Below are positions 29,235 to 36,417 of a stretch of 64,000 bases of DNA, one piece after another. Below the pieces are notes generated by a model. That model was not told where the DNA came from and ran no database searches. It was given only the letters and a program-made list of their open reading frames with translations. How positions within the stretch are numbered: the first letter of the stretch is position 1; each line of letters begins with the position of its first letter. The position numbers were made by a program, and so were the translations under genes. The DNA comes from Corynebacterium sp. GTDB lineage: Bacteria > Actinomycetota > Actinomycetes > Mycobacteriales > Mycobacteriaceae. The DNA lies in NCBI RefSeq assembly GCF_030152825.1, contig NZ_JASLIP010000037.1, forward strand, positions 13,814-77,813. Reading direction: 5' to 3'.

Positions 29235-31073
29235 CTACTTCTCGGAGTAGATCCAGGCGATGTCGTCGGCGAAGTTCTTCTCCACCATGAAGCGCTTGAG
29301 CTTCATCGATGGGGTGACCTCACCGCGCTCCTCCTCGAAGTCGCGGTGAACGATGCGGAATTTCTTGATTCCCTCGGCGTGGGAGACCGACTGGTTGGCC
29401 TCGTTGATCGCGTCCTGAATCTCGCCACGCAGGTTCGCATTCTTCGCCAGCTCGCGAATAGAGGTGCCAGCGGAGATGCCGTGGCGGGCCTTCCAGCTCT
29501 CCACCGCAGCCTCATCCAGGGAGATCAGTGCGCCGATGAACTTCTGATCATCGCCGACGACCATGGCCTGGGAGATCAGCGGGGCGGAGCGCAGAATGTC
29601 CTCCAGCGGGCCCGGGGAGACGTTCTTGCCGCCAGCGGTGACGAGGATTTCCTTCTTTCGGCCGGTGATGCGCAGGTGGCCGGTCGGCAGCAGGGCACCC
29701 AGGTCGCCGGTGGCGTAGAAGCCGTCCTCGTCGAAGGCCTCCTTGGTGGCCTCCTCGTTATTCCAGTAGCCACCGAAGACGACGTCGCCCTTGAGCAGGA
29801 TCTCGCCATCGTCGGCGATGCGGACGGTGTTGCCGCCGACGGGTCGGCCCACGGTGCCAATGATGTTATCCGGCTCGAAGTTCACGGTGATGGCGGCGGT
29901 AGATTCGGTCAGGCCGTAGCCTTCGTAGATATACACGCCGACGCCGCGGAAGAAGTGCATGAGCTCCGCGTTGAGCGCCGAGCCACCCGAGATGGCGTAC
30001 TCCAGCTCCCCGCCCATGGCCTCGCGAACCTTGGAGTAGATCAGCTTGTCGAAGATGGCGTGGCTGGTCTTCAGGGCAAGGCTCGGCCCCTGCGGGGTGT
30101 CCAGCGCCTTGGAATACTCAATAGCAATCTTCTCGGCGCGCTCGAAGAGCTTCTCACCTATCGTGGAGCCATCGGAGGCCTTGGCGCGCATGCCCGCGTG
30201 GACCTTCTCGAAGACGCGCGGCACGCCCAGGATCAGGTTCGGGTTGGAGCGCTGGAATTCGGTGACCAGGGTGCCGAAGTCGGACCAGTGGGTCTGGGTG
30301 CAGCCGGTGATGAGCAGCAGGTAGGACACCGCGCGGGAGAGCACGTGGGCCAGCGGCAGGAAGGTTACCGCGCTCTTGCCCGGCATGCCCAGGCGGCCGA
30401 TCGGGTGGGTTCCCAGGCCACGAGCCTCGCTAAGCCAATTGGAGTGCAGCACCATACAGCCCTTCGGGCGACCGGTGGTGCCCGAGGTGTAGACGATGGA
30501 GCAGACATCGGAGCTACGCACGTCGGCGATGCGGGCCTCGACCTCGTCCTGGGAGATCTTCTTGTCGCGGGCGTCGTTGATGAGGATGTCGACGGCGCCG
30601 CGGTTGATTCCCAGCACGCGGGTCAGCGGCTCCTTCTCGGTGGGGGTGCCGTCTTCAGAGATGAAGTTCTCGAGGCGCTCGCAGTGCTCCTGAGTCTCAC
30701 CCACCGCAAAGCTGGCACCGGAGTCTTGCACGATCCAGGCGCACTGGGAGGTCGAGGAGGAAGGGTAAATCGGCACGGAGATCGCGCCTGCCGCCTGGAT
30801 CGCCAGGTCGAGCAGCGACCACTCGTAGCGAGTTTCCGACATGAGGACGACGCGATCCTTGGGCTGCACCCCGTTGGCGATGAGGCCGCGGGCGACGGCA
30901 TAGACCTCATCGAGGAATTGGGTGGTGGTGACGTCCTCCCAGTCGAAGTTCTTCGGGCGACTGAAGGAGACCACGCTCGGATGATCTTTCTGCAGGTCGC
31001 GTAGCGCGGTGAGAATCGTCTCGTTCTCGCCGATGGTATACAGCGGCTCTGAGGTGTATTCCGTCCTCATCAT
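29235..31073 (-). CDS. Long-chain fatty acid--CoA ligase (AMP-dependent synthetase, FadD15-like)
   Basis: YTSGTTGRPKG AMP-binding motif, GYGLTE and TGD motifs. Confidence 0.9.
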   Translation of the reverse strand: MMRTEYTSEPLYTIGENETILTALRDLQKDHPSVVSFSRPKNFDWEDVTTTQFLDEVYAVARGLIANGVQPKDRVVLMSETRYEWSLLDLAIQAAGAISVPIYPSSSTSQCAWIVQDSGASFAVGETQEHCERLENFISEDGTPTEKEPLTRVLGINRGAVDILINDARDKKISQDEVEARIADVRSSDVCSIVYTSGTTGRPKGCMVLHSNWLSEARGLGTHPIGRLGMPGKSAVTFLPLAHVLSRAVSYLLLITGCTQTHWSDFGTLVTEFQRSNPNLILGVPRVFEKVHAGMRAKASDGSTIGEKLFERAEKIAIEYSKALDTPQGPSLALKTSHAIFDKLIYSKVREAMGGELEYAISGGSALNAELMHFFRGVGVYIYEGYGLTESTAAITVNFEPDNIIGTVGRPVGGNTVRIADDGEILLKGDVVFGGYWNNEEATKEAFDEDGFYATGDLGALLPTGHLRITGRKKEILVTAGGKNVSPGPLEDILRSAPLISQAMVVGDDQKFIGALISLDEAAVESWKARHGISAGTSIRELAKNANLRGEIQDAINEANQSVSHAEGIKKFRIVHRDFEEERGEVTPSMKLKRFMVEKNFADDIAWIYSEK

Positions 31074-31213
31074 TCTCCTTTGTGGACCGTAGCTCAGGAA
31101 TAGATTTCGCTACAGCTATAAAAACACACATAAGTGGTGCAGATCACTAAAACGCCAATTTTCCCGAGTCACGCATCCCTGCGGATCTCCCCCACCGCCG
31201 AAGGGTGAGGACC

Positions 31214-31300
31214 TTAAAGGACGTTAGTCACGAGCCACGCCACGAGAAGGAGCACGAGCAGCAGGGCAAGGGCCTGCCGAACCTTCGAATGGTGCTTCAT
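31214..31300 (-). CDS. Candidate 28-aa hydrophobic peptide (MKHHSKVRQALALLLVLLLVAWLVTNVL)
   Basis: ATG 31300 preceded by AGGAAACC. Starts 6 nt after the stop of the 95-aa ORF. Not in the supplied ORF track (too short). Purely predictive. Confidence 0.25.
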   Translation of the reverse strand: MKHHSKVRQALALLLVLLLVAWLVTNVL

Positions 31301-31306
31301 GGTTTC

Positions 31307-31594
31307 CTAAACACTCTCCTGTTCACCGCCACACCCATTCTCGGCGCTGGCGACACCCTCTGGCTGAGCACCCGAGGATCGCTGGGCATGCCCCGGGGGC
31401 GCAGATTTTTCAACCTGTGCTGCCAGCAGCTTCACGCTCTCCGGCCCCAGGACCTCCGCTTCCTCGGCGCTGCGCGGGATGATCCCCCAGAGCACCTTGT
31501 TGAGCAGCCAGGAGGTACCCCCGGCGAAGGCAAGCAGGAATGCCACCACCACCGGAGCCTGGATCCATACCGAGGCATTGATCAGCCAATTCAT
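31307..31594 (-). CDS. Hypothetical small membrane protein (95 aa)
   Basis: N-terminal TM WIQAPVVVAFLLAFAGG. G/C-rich third positions fit the minus frame better than the overlapping + ORF 31205..31633. Confidence 0.4.
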   Translation of the reverse strand: MNWLINASVWIQAPVVVAFLLAFAGGTSWLLNKVLWGIIPRSAEEAEVLGPESVKLLAAQVEKSAPPGHAQRSSGAQPEGVASAENGCGGEQESV

Positions 31595-31629
31595 GTTCTC
31601 TCTACCGAGAATCTACTCGTTGCGGGCGC

Positions 31630-33801
31630 TTAGCCGTTAACCGCACCCCACAGACCGCGGCGGCGCAGCAGCGGTTCGACGCTGCGCTGGCGGCCTCGGA
31701 ACATCCAGAATGCATCCTCGTAGTCGATGGTCGCACCGCGCGAGAGGATCATGCGGCGGAAGCGTTCCCCGGCGAAGCGGACGTCGTCCAGATCGATCTC
31801 CTCGGCGCCCTCCTCGTTGCTCGTCGCTGCCTCGTCAGCATCCAACGTCGCCTCCCGGGCCGCACCGGTGTCAACGAAAGCCTGGAAGCCATCGGCGTCC
31901 AGCACCTCCGCCCAGAGGTAAGACCAGTAGTCCGCCGAGTAGCCACCGGCGAAGATGTGGTTGAAGTAGGCGGAACGGTAGCGCGGGGCGATCTTATCCG
32001 CGATATCGATGCCAGCCTCCTCGAGCGCGCGGCGTTCGAAGGCAGCGATGTCCGTAACCTGGGCGGCCTCGTCCTCAGTCAGCTGGTGCCAGGCCAGGTC
32101 CACCACGCAGGCGGCGACGTACTCGGTGGTGGCAAAGCCCTCACCCCACTGCGCCTGCTTCTGGACGGCGGCGACCAGCTCGGCGGGCAGCACCTCACCG
32201 GTATCCACGTGCTTGGCGTAGTTGGCCAGAATCTCCGGCTGGAAGGCCCAGTTCTCGTTGATCTGGGAGGGGAACTCCACGAAGTCGCGCGGCACGGAGG
32301 TGCCGGACAGGCTCGGGTAGCGAACCTCGGAGAGCAGCCCGTGCAGGGCGTGACCGAACTCGTGGAAGACCGTGGCCACCTCGTCGAGGCTCAGCAGCGC
32401 CCGTCCCACCTCACCCGGCGCAAGTTCGGCAGGCTTGGCGACGTTCAGGACGTTGACGACAACCGGCTTGGTCCCCAGCAGGTCGGACTGGTCCACGAAG
32501 CTGCTCATCCACGCGCCTCCCCGCTTGGTGGGGCGGGCGTACATGTCCGTGATGATTAGGCCGATGCCCTCACCGGGGGTCGCTCCCGGGTAGCTGCTGT
32601 CTGCGCCTTCGCGGACCTCCCAGACCAGGGCCTCCGGGTGGTAGCCCTCGAGGTCCTCGCGGCGGACAACCTCGATGCCGTAGAGGCGCTGGGCGGCGTA
32701 GAAGGCACCGTCGACGAGCACCTGATCCAGTGGGAAGTAGCTGCGCAGCTCCTCCTCGTCGACCGAGAGTTCCTCCTGCTTCAGCTGGGCGGACCAGTAG
32801 GCCCAGTCCGCGCCCGTGAGCTCGGGGTTTTCCTGACCGGAAGCTCCAGCGGAGACGGCCTGCTTGTCCAGCAGTCGCTTGTACTCGCCGTGGGCGTTGC
32901 TCACCGCGGGGGGAATCACCTGGTTCAGCAGCCCCTTGACGGCCTCGACGGAGCCGGCGGTTTCCTCCTCCGCCACGAAGTCAGCGTGGGAGGCGTAGCC
33001 CAGCAGCTTGGCGCGGCGGGCGCGCAGGCGGGCGATCTCCTTGAGGGTCTCATCAGTGGCCGTGCCGGCACGCTGCAGGGAGGCCTCGTAAATCCGGCGG
33101 CGGACCTCCGGGTTCTCGAGAGACTCCAGGATGGGCTGCACGCTGGGCAGTCCGAGCCGGATGAGCCAGCCCTCCTTGCCGGCCTCCTTCGCATCGGTAG
33201 CCAGCACCTCGCGGGTGGCCTCGCTGAGGCCAGCGAGCTCCGATTCCTCAGTGATCAGCACGGCGGAGGCCTCGGTCTGCTCCTGCAGGACGCGGCCGAA
33301 GCGGGTGGACAGCTCGGCGAGGCGCTCGTCGATCTGCTTGAGCTCATCCCGCTGCTCCGGGGCGAGCTCCGCCCCGCCCCGGCGGAACTTGCGGCGCCAG
33401 TAGGCCATGAGCGCGGCCTCCTCGCTGCCCTCCTCGATCTGGGTGTTCTCGTCGACGCGCTTGATGCGCTCCCACAGCGCTTCGTTGAGGTAGAGCTCGG
33501 AGAAGTGCTTCGCCAGTGGCGGGGAGACCGCCTCCTCCACGTCGCGGATCTCCGGGGTGGCCATTGTGCCGGCGTAGTTGAAGATCACCGCGAGCACGCG
33601 GTCGAGCATCCGACCGGAGACCTCGAGGGCCTCCAGGGTGTTCTCCCAGGTCGGCTCCTCGGGGTTCGCCGCGATGGCCGCGATCTCCGCGGCGTGGTCG
33701 TCCACCGCGGTGAAGAAGGCCGGGACGAGCTCGCTGACCTCGACTTTGGCGAAGTCCGGCAGCTCGTAGGGAAGGCTGGAAGGCGTGTCGAAATCTAACA
33801 T
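31630..33801 (-). CDS. dcp: M3 family peptidyl-dipeptidase Dcp
   Basis: HEFGHALH zinc motif and M3 length. Start ATG 33801 (MLDFDTPSSLPYELPDF) matches the usual Dcp N-terminus. Confidence 0.9.
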   Translation of the reverse strand: MLDFDTPSSLPYELPDFAKVEVSELVPAFFTAVDDHAAEIAAIAANPEEPTWENTLEALEVSGRMLDRVLAVIFNYAGTMATPEIRDVEEAVSPPLAKHFSELYLNEALWERIKRVDENTQIEEGSEEAALMAYWRRKFRRGGAELAPEQRDELKQIDERLAELSTRFGRVLQEQTEASAVLITEESELAGLSEATREVLATDAKEAGKEGWLIRLGLPSVQPILESLENPEVRRRIYEASLQRAGTATDETLKEIARLRARRAKLLGYASHADFVAEEETAGSVEAVKGLLNQVIPPAVSNAHGEYKRLLDKQAVSAGASGQENPELTGADWAYWSAQLKQEELSVDEEELRSYFPLDQVLVDGAFYAAQRLYGIEVVRREDLEGYHPEALVWEVREGADSSYPGATPGEGIGLIITDMYARPTKRGGAWMSSFVDQSDLLGTKPVVVNVLNVAKPAELAPGEVGRALLSLDEVATVFHEFGHALHGLLSEVRYPSLSGTSVPRDFVEFPSQINENWAFQPEILANYAKHVDTGEVLPAELVAAVQKQAQWGEGFATTEYVAACVVDLAWHQLTEDEAAQVTDIAAFERRALEEAGIDIADKIAPRYRSAYFNHIFAGGYSADYWSYLWAEVLDADGFQAFVDTGAAREATLDADEAATSNEEGAEEIDLDDVRFAGERFRRMILSRGATIDYEDAFWMFRGRQRSVEPLLRRRGLWGAVNG

Positions 33802-33850
33802 GCGCTCCAGTGTAGCGACCCGCCCGGACACGGCTGTGGGGCCGGTGGCG

Positions 33851-33910
33851 GGCGCTAGGGACCTCGGCGCTAGAAACTTCGGCGCCAAGCGCTTTGGCGC
33901 TAGTCGTCCT
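33851..33910. repeat. Four tandem 15-nt units (GGCGCTAGGGACCTC / GGCGCTAGAAACTTC / GGCGCCAAGCGCTTT / GGCGCTAGTCGTCCT)
   Basis: Exact 15-nt phasing, read directly. Spans the binding-protein stop (33900) and lies 50-110 nt upstream of the dcp start. Unit 3 also forms a hairpin GCGCCAA-gcgc-TTTGGCGC. Confidence 0.7.
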
Positions 33911-34826
33911 TAGACACTTCCTTGGCGATGATCTCCAGCGGCTCGAGGGAGCGCACGGACGGGTCCAGGCCAACGCCCGGGACGACGATGAACTTATTCT
34001 CGCGCACCGCCTTCATGTTCTTGGTCGCGGGCTCGCGCTTGAGCTCGTCGATCTTCTCCTGCGCGGTGTCCATCGGCAGTCCACGGCCGGAGATGTCGGC
34101 GACGACAATGTAGTCCGGATCCTTCTCGGCGAAAGCCTCCCAGCTGACCTCGTTGCGGGCCTCCTTGAGGTCCTCAAAGACGTTGGTCGAGCCGGTGAGC
34201 TTCGCGATGTCGTTGGAGATGCCGTAGCGGCCATCAACCCACGGGGCGGCATCGTTGATATTGAAGAGGAAGGCGAGCGACTTACCGGAGTTCACGTCCG
34301 CCTTATCGACGGCTTCCTGGGTCTGGTCGATGAGCTTCTTGAACTCTTCCTCCGCGCCGAGAATTTCACCCAGCTGCTCGTAGTCCTTCTGGAGGTTCTC
34401 GAAGCCGGTCGTGCCGTCCTCCGGGCAATCCGTGTTGGAGACGAAGGTGCGCACACAGTTTTCTGCCCAGAACTCCCGGGCCCCGGTGAGGCTTCCAACG
34501 AAGCTGCCGCGCTGGGTGGCGACGATGAAGTCCGGGTCCACGTCGAGCACCTGCTCCGCGGTCGCGACGGTCTTGCTCAGCACGGGAATGCTGTCATAGG
34601 CCTCCTGCCACTTCGGCTGAACCTTGTCGTGCAGCGAGCTGGTTCCGACCATCTTGTCCTTTTGCCCCAGCTCGAAGAGGTTCTCGGTCGTGGCTTGGCG
34701 CAGGGTGACGATGCGCTCCGGCTTCTCATCAATCGAAATCTCCATGCCCCAGTTATCGATGGTGCGCCCACCCTGGGCGGTGGTGTCCTCCTCCGAGCAC
34801 GCAACGAGCCCTGCTGCCAGGGTCAC
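33900..34826 (-). CDS. ABC-type substrate-binding lipoprotein (Peripla_BP_2, siderophore/cobalamin class), N-terminus compromised
   Basis: RIVTLRQATTENLFELGQKDKMVGTS and the overall BtuF/FhuD-like pattern. Lipobox LVAC. The only canonical in-frame start (GTG 34826) leaves a 9-aa pre-Cys peptide (see finding). Confidence 0.75.
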   Translation of the reverse strand: MTLAAGLVACSEEDTTAQGGRTIDNWGMEISIDEKPERIVTLRQATTENLFELGQKDKMVGTSSLHDKVQPKWQEAYDSIPVLSKTVATAEQVLDVDPDFIVATQRGSFVGSLTGAREFWAENCVRTFVSNTDCPEDGTTGFENLQKDYEQLGEILGAEEEFKKLIDQTQEAVDKADVNSGKSLAFLFNINDAAPWVDGRYGISNDIAKLTGSTNVFEDLKEARNEVSWEAFAEKDPDYIVVADISGRGLPMDTAQEKIDELKREPATKNMKAVRENKFIVVPGVGLDPSVRSLEPLEIIAKEVSKDD

Positions 34827-34997
34827 TCCAACGATGCCGGCGCCGATCCGCAGAGTTTTATTCTACATATTGATCTTCCTTCATCAGTCACGGGAGGGAT
34901 ATTCACCGGGTCGCGACCGGCTGGTCCGCATCCGACACACCCATCGCTCTGGCGTTCAATGGATACTTATCCTAGCTAAATGCGAAAAACCAGAATA

Positions 34998-35013
34998 TAG
35001 ACAGAGTTGTCTA
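34998..35013 (+). promoter_or_regulatory. McbR-type operator candidate TAGAC-AGAGTT-GTCTA
   Basis: Perfect match to the C. glutamicum McbR consensus TAGAC-N6-GTCTA, extended ATAGACA..TGTCTAT. Lies 32 nt upstream of the C-S lyase ATG, just upstream of a TACACT -10-like hexamer. Confidence 0.45.
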
Positions 35014-35044
35014 TCCCCCCGACCGGGCGAGTACACTGTTGGCC

Positions 35045-36346
35045 ATGACTAGCCACAACTCCAGCACACTCGGTCTGCCCACCCTGGCGGAACTGCGACG
35101 CCGCGGTACGAAGAAGTGGCGCGGCTACCCCGATGACGTCATCCCCATGTGGGTCGCGGAGTCCGACTTTCACACCTGCCCGGCCGTTGCCCGCGCCATC
35201 CAGGACTGCATGGACCGCGAATACTTCGGCTACTCCGCTGACGACGAGGAGCTGCGGGAAGCACTCGCCGGCTTCTACGAACGCCGCTTCGGCTGGACCT
35301 TCTCCCCAGACTGGGTTCGCTCCGTCCCCGACGTGGTCACAGGCGTGAAAATCGCCGTCGAGGAACTCACCCCCGCAGGCTCCGCGATCGTGCTGCCCGT
35401 GCCCGCCTATAACCCCTTCTTCGAGATGCCCGACGTCACCGGTCGGCCGGCGATCGAGGTGCCCATGACTCCGGGGGGAGGCTTCGACCTCGCGGCCCTG
35501 GAGGAGGTCTTCGCAGCCGGCACCGCAAGCACGCGCGGGCGTGTCGTCGTCGATAAGGGAGCGGGCAACGACGGACAGGAGGAAAAGGGAAACACAGCCG
35601 CGCCGGCCGGGTCGCTGATCCTGTGCAGTCCGTATAACCCCCTCGGCCGGGTGTTCAGCGAGTCTGAACTGCGCGACGTCGTGGAGCTGGCGGCGAAGTA
35701 CAACGTGCGGGTGATCTCCGACGAGATCCACGCCCCCATCGTCTACCCGGGGCACCAGCACACCCCGGCCGCCTCGGTCAGCGAAATCGCGGCAGAGAAC
35801 ACCATCACGGTCACCGCCACGTCGAAGGGGTGGAACACCGCCGGCCTGCGATGTGCCCAAATGATCTTAAGCTCCCCACGCGACCGCGAGATCATGGCCG
35901 GGGTGCACAAGCTGCGCAGCGGCGAGGCGTCCACCATCGGAATCGCGGCCGCGACCGCCGCCTACCGCGACGAGTCCGGCTGGCTGGAGGAACAGATCGA
36001 CTACCTCAGTGGCAACCTCGACCTGCTCGAACGCCGACTGCCCGAGGTACTGCCCGGCGCGAAGTTCCACCGCCCAGAAGGGACCTACCTGCTGTGGGTG
36101 GATGTTCGCGACGTCCCCGGACTCGGCGCAGCAATGGATGGGAACAGCGAAACAGCACCGAACGCAGCGGAGCCCACAGACCCAGCGGAGCAGATCCTCA
36201 AGCGAGCGAAGGTGGCCTTCAACACCGGAGCCATCTACGGCGCCGGTGGCGCCGGGCATCTGCGGATCAACTTCGCGACCTCTAGGGCGATCCTCACGGA
36301 GGCCCTGGATCGCCTCGCGGCTGCGGGCTTCGGAGAGCGTGCTTAA
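35045..36346 (+). CDS. MalY/PatB-type PLP-dependent C-S lyase (cystathionine beta-lyase-like aminotransferase class I/II)
   Basis: WVAESDF, PxYNPF, LCSPYNPLG, DEIH and TSKGWN (PLP Lys) motifs. ATG 35045 preferred over TTG 35039. Confidence 0.85.
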   Translation: MTSHNSSTLGLPTLAELRRRGTKKWRGYPDDVIPMWVAESDFHTCPAVARAIQDCMDREYFGYSADDEELREALAGFYERRFGWTFSPDWVRSVPDVVTGVKIAVEELTPAGSAIVLPVPAYNPFFEMPDVTGRPAIEVPMTPGGGFDLAALEEVFAAGTASTRGRVVVDKGAGNDGQEEKGNTAAPAGSLILCSPYNPLGRVFSESELRDVVELAAKYNVRVISDEIHAPIVYPGHQHTPAASVSEIAAENTITVTATSKGWNTAGLRCAQMILSSPRDREIMAGVHKLRSGEASTIGIAAATAAYRDESGWLEEQIDYLSGNLDLLERRLPEVLPGAKFHRPEGTYLLWVDVRDVPGLGAAMDGNSETAPNAAEPTDPAEQILKRAKVAFNTGAIYGAGGAGHLRINFATSRAILTEALDRLAAAGFGERA

Positions 36347-36417
36347 GGCCTGTCTGCCCTCTTCGCTAGGCTTCTTGGTTGTTAGAGCTCAACCCCAATT
36401 AAGGAGCACGCGAGTAC

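Noticed and set aside
33802-33888. N-terminal extension of dcp to 33888 (MAPKFLAPRSLAP...).
   Set aside because: The extension is simply the translated 15-nt repeat array. The Dcp-like N-terminus begins at ATG 33801.
34940-34990. DtxR/IdeR iron box upstream of the binding-protein gene (TTATCCTAGCTAAATGCGA).
   Set aside because: Only about 10 of 19 positions match TTAGGTTAGCCTAACCTAA, and dyad symmetry is lacking.
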